A stretch of 64,000 nucleotides of DNA from Eledone cirrhosa (GCA_964016885.1 OZ024745.1:4588001-4652000); one strand, 5' to 3'. Numbered from the stretch's first letter, positions 26,367 through 38,128 are shown. Notes: generated by a model from the letters alone, not told the origin. Numbers and translations are program-made.

Positions 26367-27221
26367 GGCACCTCGAGTGCCTACAGGCGCTCACAGCCCT
26401 CTACCAAGTGGAAACTACAATCAGCAGAGACTCCACTTCGACATTCTATAGGGGATTAGTGGAGGATAAATGCGACGACGTTCTCGGGAAAACTCTAAGC
26501 ATTGAGGAGGACGAACTGACAAGTCTGTCCAGGAGGACTTTCCGTCCAGGGCCTATGGATAACTTCCAGAGGTCTCTGGCCTGGCAGTGCTACTGAGGAG
26601 CTCTACCAGTTCGAGCCAAAATCTACAGGCACGGACGCCCTGGCAGAGATCCTGCCAAAAGAACCTGTCCAAGATGCGAGCAGGACATCGAAACCATTCT
26701 GCACGCAATTGTTCAGTGCCCAGGGGTGACCGACCTGTGGAATTATGTCGAACAGCTACTGTCACGTGTGGGATGCATCCAGTTGTCAGCTGAGTTCATC
26801 GTGAGGATCACCCCGCCTCCTTCATTTAAGAATGAAGGAGAGGTGATTTTCCTCTGTCTGGTGGCTATGGCGAAAGAGGTAATAAGAGAGAGGTGCTACA
26901 CCCCAGTAAATTCACTGAAAGGTGGGTGAATGTGGCGAAAATGGTCCGAGTGAATGGGCCTTCTGTGTATATAAACCTGTAGGTTGAGGAAGATAAACAG
27001 AGGGAAGACAGGAACACCTACAAAACGTGTTCCTGGTGTTGAGGGTTGTTCTATCCACGGGGTGTAAAACAACCCCACAGTAACGTTCCCCGCTACTGAG
27101 GATTTCAATTGTTATTTTATTTTATATAGTTTATTATTTATCATTGTTAAAGATTTTATGTAAAACCCCGCCGTCACGTCTTGTAATGTCCCTTGTACAC
27201 CCCTATGGCAAATAAAGAAAG
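26365..27221 (+). mobile_element. Tx1/L1-type retrotransposon, 5'-truncated copy 3 with internal deletion
   Basis: WHLECLQALT...PGPMDNFQRSLAWQCY and FKNEGEVIFLC match copies 1 and 2; ends GGCAAATAAAGAAAG. Confidence 0.87.
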
Positions 27222-27446
27222 ATATCTACCTCCCTCCCCTCATCCCCCCACCATCTACCCCCACCCCCCGCCACCGTCACCACTATCCCATCAAGTAGTT
27301 AGTAGTTTAGTATATACTAAACTACTAACTATCACCATTACCTGTGAAGTTGTTCATGTAACATCTAGCAATCTAATTAATTTCACCAAAAGTAATTAGG
27401 ATGAAATCAAACAATATCTTTGAAAATGGTGGAGGTGGTGGGAGGT

Positions 27447-27466
27447 ATTGTTGTTGTTGTTGTTAC

Positions 27467-27512
<46 letters not shown>

Positions 27513-27803
27513 ACTGTTGTTGTTGTTACTGTTGTTGTTACTGTTGTTGTTGTTGTTGTTACTGTTGTTGTTGTTGTTGTTGTTACTGTTGTTGTTGTTA
27601 CTGTTGTTGTTACTGTTGTTGTTGTTACTGTTGTTGTTGTTGTTACTGTTGTTGTTGCTGTTGTTGTTGCTGTTGTTGTTGTTAGTGTTGTTGTTGTTGG
27701 TACTGTTGTTGTTGTTGTTGGTACTGTTGTTGTTGTTACTTTTGTTGTTGGTACTGTTGTTGTTGTTACTGTTGTTGTTGTTGCTGTTGTTGTTGTTGTT
27801 ACT

Positions 27804-27834
<31 letters not shown>

Positions 27835-27905
27835 TTACTGTTGTTGTTGCTGTTGTTGTTGTTGTCGTTGTTACTGTTGTTGTTGCTGTTGTTGCTGTTG
27901 TTGCT

Positions 27906-27936
<31 letters not shown>

Positions 27937-28043
27937 TTGCTGTTGTTGTTGTTGTTGTTGTTGTTACTGTTGTTGTTGGTGTTGCTGTGTTGTTGTTGTT
28001 GTTGTTACTGTTGTTGTTGTGTTGTTGTTGTTGTTGTTGTTAC

Positions 28044-28080
<37 letters not shown>

Positions 28081-28081
28081 A
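27447..28081. repeat. (GTT)n microsatellite with ACT/GCT interruptions
   Basis: Direct reading. Confidence 0.96.
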
Positions 28082-28364
28082 ATGATGAGTGAATACAAAT
28101 AAAGAAGTTTCTATTGCTATTACCTAGTAGGGTTTGATTGTCAGAAATCAGTAGAGCATCGGTTAAAATGTATTGTGTTTAGTTATAATCTGTTGTGTTT
28201 TCAGTTGTAATCCAGCCCCACCCCCACCTGGCCCCACCCCCACCTGTCCCCACCTGTCCCCTATAGGTTCTACCATTCCACATAAGCCACTATCTTCATA
28301 ATAAATAAATATCAGCCTAACAGCTGAATTCCAGATTAGAACTGATGGGAACCCCCCCCCCCCC

Positions 28365-28838
28365 GTCTCACCTTTGGTCTCCAGTGCCACCCCACCCCCT
28401 CCATCCCACCTTTGGTCTCCAGTGCCACCCCACCCCCTCCATCCCACCTTTGGTCTCCAATGCCACCCCACCTTTCGTCTCCAGTGCCACCCCACCCCTC
28501 CATCTCACCTTTGGTCTCCAGTGCCACCGCACCCCCTCCATCCCACCTTTGGTCTCCAGTGCCACCCCACCCCTCCATCTCACCTTTGGTCTCCAGTGCC
28601 CCCCCTCCATCCCACCTTTGGTCTCCAGTGCGACCCCACCCCTCCATCTCACCTTTGGTCTCCAGTGCCCCCCCTCCATCCCACCTTTGGTCTCCAGTGC
28701 CACCCCACCCCCCTCCATCCCACCTTTGGTCTCCAGTGCCACACCACCCCTCCATCTCACCTTTGGTCTCCAGTGCTCCCCCCCCCATCTCACCTTTGGT
28801 CTCCAGTGCCCCCCTCCATCCCACCTTTGGTCTCCAGT
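28365..28838. repeat. C-rich minisatellite, ~31-38-bp unit (CCATC(C/T)CACCTTTGGTCTCCAGTGCCACCCCACCCCT), ~13-14 copies
   Basis: Repeated core CACCTTTGGTCTCCAGTG. Confidence 0.93.
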
Positions 28839-28989
28839 ATCATTGGCCCAGGACGTAATGGGATCCTTCAGTTTCTGACTTCTGTCACATTCTATCTGAC
28901 ATTCTAACGACTCTTCAAATTGATTTTATCCACGCCACAAAAACTTATGGTCTTGTGTTTTTGTTAAATATTATTATTACTTTTCTTGA

Positions 28990-29075
28990 GGGTGGTTGAT
29001 TGGCAGAATCAGTTGAGTGTCAGACAGAATGCTTTGCGGCATTTAGTTCCAGTTCTTTACATTCTGAGTTCAAAT
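28990..29075 (+). mobile_element. Diverged tRNA-derived SINE 5' fragment
   Basis: A-box-like TGGCAGAATCAG and B-box-like GAGTTCAAAT; similar to the head of the SINE at 39294. Confidence 0.7.
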
Positions 29076-29481
29076 TGACGCTCCAATACTCCGTAGCCCC
29101 TCTAAGAGGGAACCATTGAGAAAATTACTTAGATTAAAAAGATAAAACTACATTTATGACATGCAAACATATTTGCACCAACATTTTACAGTTTAATTCA
29201 TTATTTAGTCCAATATATTTACCGTCATTATTGAGAGTATAGGCACACAATATAGAACAGTAAAATATTTTTAACTTAACCATATTATTATAAAATATCA
29301 ACTTTTTACTATACTGTTTACCTTCCTTACATTTTATTACAAAGCTGTTGTATTCGACTTTATGTAGTTAATGTCTTGAAGTATGGAGTTAGATCTTATT
29401 AATCCACTTAAGGAAGGTATTTTCAAAGAGACTCCATTTTAAACTTTAATGTGACTGAGTGAGGTAGACTATCTTTCAGCG

Positions 29482-30672
29482 GTCACTGAAGAATGGGATA
29501 GTAGTGGTTGAAGAATGGGACAGTAGTGGCTGAAGAATGGGACAGCAGTGGCTGAAGAATGGGACAGAAGTGGTTGAAGAATGGGACAGCAGTGGTTGAA
29601 GGATGGGACAGAAGTGGTTGAAGAATGGGACAGCAGTGGTTGAAGGATGGGACAGTAGTGGCTGAAGAATGGGACAGTAGTGGCTGAAGAATGGGACAGC
29701 AGTGGTTGAAGAATGGGACAGTAGTGGCTAAAGAATGGGACAGTAGTGGTTGAAGAATGGGACAACAATGGTTGAAGAATGGGACAGAAGTGGTTGAAGA
29801 ATGGGACAGCAGTGGTTGAAGGATGGGACAGTAGTGGCTGAAGAATGGGACAGTAGTGGTTGAAGAATGGGACAGCAGTGGCTGAAGAATGGGACAGTAG
29901 TGGCTGAAGAATGGGACAGCAGTGGTTGAAGAATGGGACAGTAGTGGCTGAAGAATGGGACAGTAGTGGTTGAAGAATGGGACAACAATGGTTGAAGAAT
30001 GGGACAGCAGTGGTTGATGAATGGGACAGCATTGACTGAAGAACGGGACAGTAGTGGCTGAAGAATGAGACAGCAGTGACTGAAGAATGGGACAGTAGTG
30101 GCTGAAGAATGGGACAGCAGTGGCTGAAGAATGGGACAGCATTGACTGAAGAATGGGACAGCAGTGGCTGAAGAATGGGACAGCAGTGGTTGAAGAATGG
30201 GACAGTAGTGGCTGAAGAATGGGACAGCAGTGACTGAAGAATGGGACAGCAGTGACTGAAGAATGGGACAGCAGTGGCTGAAGAATGAGATGGCAGTGGT
30301 TGATGAATGGGACAGCAGTGGCTGAAGAATGGGACAGTAGTGGCTGAAGAATGGGACAGCAGTGACTGAAGAATGGGACAGTAGTGGCTGAAGAATGGGA
30401 CAGCAGTGGTTGATGAATGGGACAACAGTGGCTGAAGAATGGGACAGTAGTGGCTGAAGAATGGGACAGCAGTGGCTGAAGAATGGGACAGTAGTGGCTG
30501 AAGAATGGGACAGCAGTGGTTGATGAATGGGACAGTAGTGGCTGAAAAATGGGACAGTAGTGGCTGAAGAATGGGACAGCAGTGGTTGATGAATGGGACA
30601 GCAGTGACTGAAGAATGGGACAGCAGCTGCTGAAGAATGGGACAGCAGTGACTGAAGAATGGGACAGCAGCT
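29482..30672. repeat. 22-bp minisatellite (G(C/T)TGAAGAATGGGACAG(C/T)AGTG), ~54 copies
   Basis: Direct reading; 22-aa periodicity (3 units) in the artefactual ORF 29469-30677. Confidence 0.96.
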
Positions 30673-30820
30673 GTCATTTTTTTTTAGATATCTTTTCTTT
30701 TTGCATTAACATGTTGCAGTGCCAACAGCTTCCATTCTTTATTAATTTGTTCATAATATTCTTCATGTTGGAAAATATTGGAAAATTTAATATCCAATGG
30801 GATTGATTGTAGTCTCACTA

Positions 30821-31052
30821 ACATTGGTCGCCTCAACCTTACAAATAGTTGACATTGGTCATGCCTCAACCTTACAAATAGTTGACATTGGTCATGCCTC
30901 AACCTTACAAATAGTTGACATTGGTCCTGCCTCAACCTTACAAATAGTTGACATTGGTCGCCTCAACCTTACAAATAGTTGACATTGGTCATGCCTCAAC
31001 CTTACAAATAGTTGACATTGGTCATGCCTCAACCTTACAAATAGTTGACATT
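30821..31052. repeat. 33-bp minisatellite (GCCTCAACCTTACAAATAGTTGACATTGGTCAT), ~7 copies
   Basis: Direct reading; two units lack 2 nt. Confidence 0.95.
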
Positions 31053-31649
31053 ATAAAATACTAAAACATTTGCTTTGTAAGGCAACACACAGACATTTAA
31101 AATATTTACTCAATTTTTGTGGTTAAATTATTTTGATAATATTTTTTATAGTGGCACCAAAAAACGAATGTCAACCCTGTTGAAGTATCATTAACATGAA
31201 TTTTACTTAAGTCCCAAAGTTTGATCAAATAAATGAGAATCTAAACTATAATAAAGTAAGGAGTGCAGGACTGTGGCCAGAATATAATTTGTTATCCCGT
31301 TTGTAAAATAAGTTGGATTACTTTGAATAAATAATGAATATTACATAATTTATCTACTAATTTTCAAATGTCGACACTTCCGGTTAGCGATCCCTTAAAT
31401 AAACATTCATATACTTCATATATTTCCGTCACTAATTTTCTCCTAATGCAGTTTATATATAATATCGTCTTTTTTTAATGTATCATGGATTACTTTATTG
31501 ATTAAATAAGACAGTGTAACACAGTCTTCGTTCAATTTCTGTGTATTATATATTGTCAATTACGATTTTATTTGATGTATCATATCTACATGTATATATA
31601 CTTGTGTATAATATCAATATATACACTACACAGGCTAGCAGAAAACCAC

Positions 31650-31927
31650 CTGAAGGGTGGTTTTCTGTTAGTCTCTTTAACACTAGCTTTAATTTCATTA
31701 AAGTATACATTCGAAATGTTTCTTGTAATTCCAAAGTTATATTAACGTCTGGTAAAATGTAAAATAAAGCCAAATACATTTTTGTAATGAGATTTTATAA
31801 TGCTTCTAAAATTGTAGAAACTGTCAAAGTACAATCTAAGGTAGCAAATGTAAAGAACATAGAAAGGGCTGGTCCTTATTCTAAGATTATTTTCACCACT
31901 TACTCAAGAGGAAGCCATTCTCTGCAG
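31650..31927 (-). other. Two candidate exons (31904-31927, 24 nt; 31650-31748, 99 nt) of an unknown gene
   Basis: Acceptor tttctcctctatag with donor gtaagt; acceptor ttttacattttaccag with donor gtggtt. Both are phase 1-1 and join in frame (AENGFLL-N-VNITLELQETFRMYTLMKLKLVLKRLTENHPS). No homology recognised. Confidence 0.3.
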
Positions 31928-32029
31928 CTATAGAGGAGAAATTTTTGAGGATTAGTATTTGTAAATTTTTGAAATTATTTATATTAATTAAGACATTTAC
32001 AACTATAACTAACAAAAAATATTGCTGGC

Positions 32030-32250
32030 CAGGGTTTGGTTAGTATTAAGAATAAGGTAAACTTAGGTTTAAAGTTTAGTGTTAGGGTTAGGGTTTGGGT
32101 TAGGATTCAGTTTAGAGTTAGTGTTATGTTAGGGTTAGGTTTGGGTTTAGTATTAGTGTTAAGGATTTTGTTAAATATAATGTTTAGGTTAGGGTTCAAG
32201 GTTGGGATTAGGGTTGGTATTCTTTTGAAGGCTAGGTTAGTTTTAGGGAA
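32030..32250 (+). repeat. Degenerate TTAGGG-like (interstitial telomere-like) tract
   Basis: gttagggttagggtttgggttagg..., ttagggttaggtttggg, ttaggttagggttcaagg, attagggttgg. Confidence 0.7.
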
Positions 32251-32639
32251 TGCATTTAAGTGAGATGTGGTCCCCTAGTCTATCTAGGAGGATGGTATCA
32301 CCAGGTAAGTACAAGATTGGTCTGTAATAACCTGTCCAATCTATGTTAGTATGGAAATATGGATGTAAAAGGATAAATATGATGATATATTTGGATGTTT
32401 CACTGAGAATATAATAGCTAGTATAAATAGAAGATGGACAAAAGTTGAGAGAGCTACTACATCTGTTGATAACAAAAGTTTTCTCTCTAGGAACAAAAGG
32501 CTGGCTTTATGATGTCTCTGTGTGATGTTGCATCGCAGTGAGGTTTCTTTGGTGTTCTGTTTTGTGATTAAATCAGGTTGGATTATCTGATTCTGCAGTG
32601 CTCCTGTTAATGTTGGTTTCATGTTAGGAACCTTGGTTG

Positions 32640-33200
32640 ATAATTAAATAGACTTTCAGCTTTGCTGACACCAGTCGTACTGTGTGGGGCTGTATAGTAA
32701 TTCAGTTTCTATCAATAGATGCCCAGTGAAGAGTCATCTTATAGTATACCAGATTAGTTATTAACATTCCTTTATTTAGTTGTGATGCTGAAAAGTTGCA
32801 GCTAAACAAGTTTTACAACTTTTGACAAATTCTTCAGCCATTTTTTCCATATCGGGGAACCAAACTCTGCTTTGAAGGTATTGTTTTGTTTTTTTAGTCC
32901 CTGGTGCCCTTCATGGGCAAAAGCAATAGTGTCACCTAGTAGTAGTTTGTTAGGGATAACAATACACGTATCCCTGAAAACTAGGGATTTAACAATCAAC
33001 AGTTCTGCAAAAATGTGTTTAAAGTGTTGTACTGTTGGCCTTTATTGGGGAGGTGGGGGGACTTCAATATGTCAGCTTTAAGCATAGCTAGGGTGTCATC
33101 ATCATTAGTTTCCCTTTTTAACATTTTTAGGTTCAACCCATCCGGGAGGTCATTAGCAATAATGGTTAATGGAGTAATCAACTGCCTCAATTCCTTGTTA
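32640..33200 (-). mobile_element. Ty3/gypsy LTR retrotransposon pol relic (integrase zinc-binding region and integrase C-terminal part), heavily deleted
   Basis: LVFRDTCIVIP...IAFAHEGHQGL followed by frameshifted SRVWFP; LNYYTAPHSTTGVSKAESLF at ~32647-32706; LKRETNDDDTLAMLK upstream. Confidence 0.8.
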
Positions 33201-33379
33201 TTTCTGAGAGGTAAAAAGGGTGGTGACTTTGGTGTGACACCATCTGGGATTAGATTTAACAACTTAATGTGAGTTGGTCAGGGATGGAGTGGCAGGTGGC
33301 CAGTGATTCCTGACATTTTGTTGGATAGAATTCCTGTCAAGATCACAAGGCTACCCCTCCCCACACTTGTATTCAAATA

Positions 33380-33780
33380 TTATATTTATATAAACATATG
33401 TAAAGCGATATATATATATATATATACACATATATATACACATATATATATACACACAAAGAAAAAATATATATATATATATACACACACACAAAGAGAA
33501 AATACAAATAAATTAGACACAAATCTATAGAACCCCACCCCCATGCATTCCTATGTAAACATAAATTATAAATACTCCATGCAACAATGCTTATACATAC
33601 GCGTACACATAAACATACATATATACACACATACATACATATTAACATAAATATATATATATACATAAACATACATATAAACATATATATATACATAAAT
33701 ACATACATAAACATATATACATACATATATACATAAATAAACATACATATATACATACATACATATATATAAACATACAT
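33380..33780. repeat. (TA)n/(TACA)n microsatellites
   Basis: Direct reading. Confidence 0.9.
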
Positions 33781-33864
33781 TCCAAAAGCAATAGATTGTT
33801 TAGTTTTATGCAACTTATTGCAATGCGTAGTCATCAATGACGAACAATGTTTGTCATTTCCTTT

Positions 33865-34623
33865 GCAGAGAGAGAGAGAGAGCTGCAACTAGCAGAGAGA
33901 GAGAGAATTACAACTGGCAGAGAGAGAGAGAGCTGCAACTAGCAGAGAGAGAGAGAATTACAACTGGCAGAGAGAGAGAGAGAGAGAGAACTGCAACTGG
34001 CAGAGAGAGAGAGCTGCAACTAGCAGAGAGAGAGAGAGAGAGAGAGAACTGCAACTGGCAGAGAGAGAGAGCTGCAACTGGCAGAGAGAGAGAGAATTAC
34101 AACTAGCAGAGAGAGAGAGAGAGAACTGCAACTGGCAGAGAGAGAGAGAGCTGCAACTAGCAGAGAGAGAGAGAATTACAACTAGCAGAGAGAGAGAGAG
34201 AGAACTGCAACTGGCAGAGAGAGAGAGAACTGCAACTGGCAATATAAGAGAGAACTGCAACTGGCAATATAAGAGAGAACTGCAACTGGCAGAGAGAGAG
34301 AGAGAACTGCAACTGGCAGAGAGAGAGAGAACTGCAACTGGCAATATAAGAGAGAACTGCAACTGGCAATATAAGAGAGAACTGCAACTGGCAATATAAG
34401 AGAGAACTGCAACTGGCAGAGAGAGAGAGAGAACTGCAACTGGCAGAGAGAGAGAGAACTGCAACTGGCAATATAAGAGAGAACTGCAACTGGCAGAGAG
34501 AGAGAGAACTGCAACTGGCAGAGAGAGAGAGAACTGCAACTGGCAGAGAGAGAGAGAACTGCAACTGGCAATATAAGAGAGAACTGCAACTGGCAATATA
34601 AGAGAGAACTGCAACTGGCAATA
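33865..34623. repeat. Minisatellite AACTGCAACTGGCA plus a variable (GA)n or ATATAAGAGAG spacer
   Basis: Direct reading, ~30 units. Confidence 0.93.
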
Positions 34624-34706
34624 TGACGGCAAAATTTCCCCCGAAACAAGAAAGAACCACTTCTTCCTCTTTTTCTTTCTCCTTTTCTTCTTCTTTAATA
34701 TAAAAG

Positions 34707-34876
34707 AATATCATAATTGGAGTAATTCTTCAAAACAAACTTCAAACCAGCAATTTCCAATGTGTTCACTTGATTTAACATTCCGCTCACTTTTAATGCT
34801 TAGACCTTCTCTCCCACCATTGCCAACATCAATGGCTGATTCAGCAAACCACCAATTTAGCCATCAAAGAACTTCT
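34707..34876 (+). other. Candidate exon (unique sequence, open frame [56 protein letters not shown])
   Basis: Long pyrimidine tract then ...ataaaag acceptor, stop-free frame, gtaatc donor; no recognisable domain. Confidence 0.2.
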
Positions 34877-34927
34877 GTAATCCATTTCTTTTTGAATCTC
34901 TTATATTCAAAGAGAGAAGAGAAGGAA

Positions 34928-35298
34928 TATGTACATACATATATCTATACATACATACATATATATATATATCTATACATACATACATATATACATATAT
35001 CTATACATACATATATATATATATATACATATATCTATACATACATATATATATACATATATCTATACATACATATATATATACATATATCTATACATAC
35101 ATACATATATACATATATCTATACATACATACATATATACATATATCTATACATACATATATATATATATATACATATATCTATACATACATATATATAT
35201 ACATATATCTATACATACATACATATATACATATATCTATACATACATACATATATACATATATCTATACATACATACATACATATATACATATATCT

Positions 35299-35341
<43 letters not shown>

Positions 35342-35375
35342 GTATATATATATATAATGTATATATATTTATATT

Positions 35376-35454
<79 letters not shown>

Positions 35455-35485
35455 TTATATATATATATATTTATATACGTATATA

Positions 35486-35572
<87 letters not shown>

Positions 35573-35616
35573 GTGTGTGTGTGTATGTATATATGTATGA
35601 ATATATGTATGTATAT
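34928..35616. repeat. (TA)n/(TACA)n microsatellite
   Basis: Direct reading. Confidence 0.95.
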
Positions 35617-35756
35617 GAAAAATATAAATGAAAATGAAAGAATACAAGAAGCAAACAAAATGATATAAAAAGTGAATATAAAGAAATGAAATAGAAAAAA
35701 GCCCAAAATAAAAAGATGTATTGACAAGAGATTTTTCTGGAATCTGTCGTAACTTC

Positions 35757-35905
35757 CCCTACCCACCAACCTCCCCACCAACCACCCCACCAACCACCCC
35801 ACCAACCTCCCCACCAACCACCCAACCAACCACCCCGCCAACCACCCCACCAACCTCCCCACCAACCACCCCACCTACCACCCCACCAACCACCCCACCA
35901 ACCAC
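35757..35905. repeat. 12-bp repeat CCACCAACCACC
   Basis: Direct reading. Confidence 0.9.
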
Positions 35906-36126
35906 TATTGATGTTAGACATCATTTTTACCAAGTGGAAGGAAATATAGAAAATAAAATATTTTTAAAGCAACAACAATAAAATAACAAAAGAACAAAAA
36001 ACAGGAAAAGGGGGAAAAAAGGGAAAAAAATGTAGGAAACAAAAGGAAAAAAAGTGCTCCCCGAAAATATCTATATAGATTAGCAGTTAATGTGAGGGTG
36101 GCGTAAGGGGGGATAGAAACTAGGGA

Positions 36127-36389
36127 AGTGGTGGTGGTGGTGGTGGTGGTGGTAGTAGTGGTGGTGGTGGTGGTGGTAGTGGTGGTGGTAGTGGCGGTGG
36201 TGGTGGCGGTAGTGGCGGTGGTGGTGGTGGTGGTAGTAGTAGTAGTGGTGGTGGTGGTGGTAGTAGTGGTGGTGGTGGTGGTAGTAGTGGTGGTGGTGGT
36301 AGTGGCGGTGGTGGTGGTGGTAGTAGTAGTAGTGGTGGTGGTGATGGTAGTAGTCGTAGTAGTAGTAGTAGTGGTAGTGGTGGTGGTGG
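36127..36389. repeat. (GTG)/(GTA) microsatellite
   Basis: Direct reading. Confidence 0.93.
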
Positions 36390-36467
36390 AGAAGATGACA
36401 TAACAGGTGAGGGAGAAGATGACAAGAACACCCAAAATGTAAACTTTGTGAATGTTTGATTCGGGTG

Positions 36468-36600
36468 AGGGGGGTTGTGATGGTGGGGCGGGGTGAGTGG
36501 AGGGGCGTTGTGATGGTGGGGCGGGGTGAGTGGAGGGGGGTTGTGATGGTGGGGCGGGGTGAGTGGAGGGGGGTTGTGATGGTGGGGCGGGGTGAGGGGT
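36468..36600. repeat. G-rich 33-bp tandem repeat x4 (GGTTGTGATGGTGGGGCGGGGTGAGTGGAGGGG)
   Basis: Direct reading; GVVMVGRGEWR periodicity. Confidence 0.9.
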
Positions 36601-36679
36601 GTGTGTGTGTGTGTGTCGAGGTGATTATGAAAAATATAGAGAAAAAAAATTCCACAAAAAGAAAAATGAAAACTCAAAA

Positions 36680-37575
36680 TGAAAGAAAGAAAGAAGGAAA
36701 GAAAGAAAGAAAGAAAGAAAGAAGGAAAGAAAGAAGGAAAGAGACAGAAGTAGAAAGAAGGAAAGAAAGAAAGAAAGAAAGAAAGAAAGAGACAGAAGTA
36801 GAAAGAAGGAAGGAAGGAAAGAGACAGAAGTAGAAAGAAAGAAAGAAGGAAAGAAGGAAAGAAAGAGACAGAAGTAGAAAGAAGGAAAGAAAGAGACAGA
36901 AGTAGAAAGAAGGAAAGAAAGAGACAGAAGTAGAAAGAAGGAAAGAAAGAAAGAAGGAAAGAAAGAAAGAAGGAAAGAAAGAAGGAAAGAAAGAAAGAAG
37001 GAAAGAAAGAAAGAAGGAAATAAAGAAGGAAAGAAAGAAAGAAAGAAAGAAAGAAAGAAGGAAAGAAAGAAAGAAAGAAAGAGACAGAAGTAGAAAGAAG
37101 GAAAGAAAGAAAGAAGGAAAAGAGAAAGAGGTTTAAAGGTAGAATTAAGAAAGAAAAAAGAAAGCGAAAGAAAGATAGAAGGAGAAAGAGAGTGAAAGAA
37201 TGATTGAGAGAGATATTGATAGAAAGAAAGACTGGAAGAACTGAAAGTGAGAAAGAGAGAGAGAAAGGAAAAAAACAGAAAATATTATGGAAGGTTGAGG
37301 ACAAAGAAAGGTAGTGATATATATAGAGGGGGGATGGGGGAGGGGTAGGCGGGAGAGAGGAGGAGAGAGGAGGAGAGAGGTAGAGGTAGAGAGAGAGGTA
37401 GAGAGAGATAGGTAAAGAGGTAGAGAGAAGTAGAAAGAGGGGCACAGAGAGAGGTAGAGAAAGGTAGAGAGAGAGGAAGAGGTAGAGGTAGAGGTAGAGG
37501 TAGAGAGAGGTAGAGAGAGAGAGAGAGAGAGGTAGAGAGAGAGCGAGAGAGAGAGGTAGAGAGAGAGAGAGGGAG
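36680..37575. repeat. Purine-rich (GAAA)n and (GA)n/GAGGTA tracts
   Basis: Direct reading. Confidence 0.9.
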
Positions 37576-37662
37576 CTAAATAAAGTTATTGATGTAAAAA
37601 ATCTTGGTGAGTTTCAGGAAGTTAACGGATCTTGTTGAAAGAAAATATTGTTGGAGTAAACA

Positions 37663-38128
37663 TTTCCTCCCCCTCTCTCTCTTATCTCACCTTCCTCTCT
37701 TTTACCCCCTCTCTCTCTTATCCCACTCTCCTCTCCTTAACCCCCCTCTCTCTTATCCCACCCTCCTCTCCTTTACCCCCTCTCTCTTATCCACCCTCCT
37801 CTCCTTTACCCCCTCTCTCTTATCCCACTCTCCTCTCCTTAACCCCCCTCTCTCTTATCCCACCCTCCTCTCCTTTACCCCCTCTCTCTTATCCCACTCT
37901 CCTCTCCTTAACCCCCCCTCTCTCTTATCCCACCCTCCTCTCCTTAACCCCCCTCTCTCGTATCCCTCCTCCTCTCCTTTACCCCCTCCTCTCCTTTACC
38001 CCTCCTCTCCTTTACCCCCCTCTCTCTCTTATCTCACCCTCCTCTCCTTTACCCCGCCACCCTCTCTCTCTCTTATCCGACCCTCCTCTCGTTTACCCCC
38101 TCCTCTCCTTCACCCCCTCTCTCTCTTA
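37663..38128. repeat. Pyrimidine-rich ~32-33-bp minisatellite (CTCTCTCTTATCCCACCCTCCTCTCCTTTACCCC)
   Basis: Direct reading. Confidence 0.88.

Noticed and set aside
27342-27418. Possible minus-strand exon (aag acceptor, cag|gtaatg donor); similar candidates at ~28125-28190 and ~29322-29485
   Set aside because: Stop codons in the frames examined; no support as coding exons.
27401-28092. Poly-Cys/Val/Leu ORFs
   Set aside because: Translations of (GTT)n.
29469-30677. 402-aa repetitive ORF
   Set aside because: 22-bp minisatellite lacking stops on one strand; not a multiple of 3, no domain.
33865-34623. Constant repeat plus variable spacer resembling a CRISPR array
   Set aside because: Spacers are only (GA)n length variants or one fixed alternative.
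36120-37445. 441-aa Phe/Ser/Pro-rich ORF
   Set aside because: Spans (GAAA)n and (GTG)n microsatellites.
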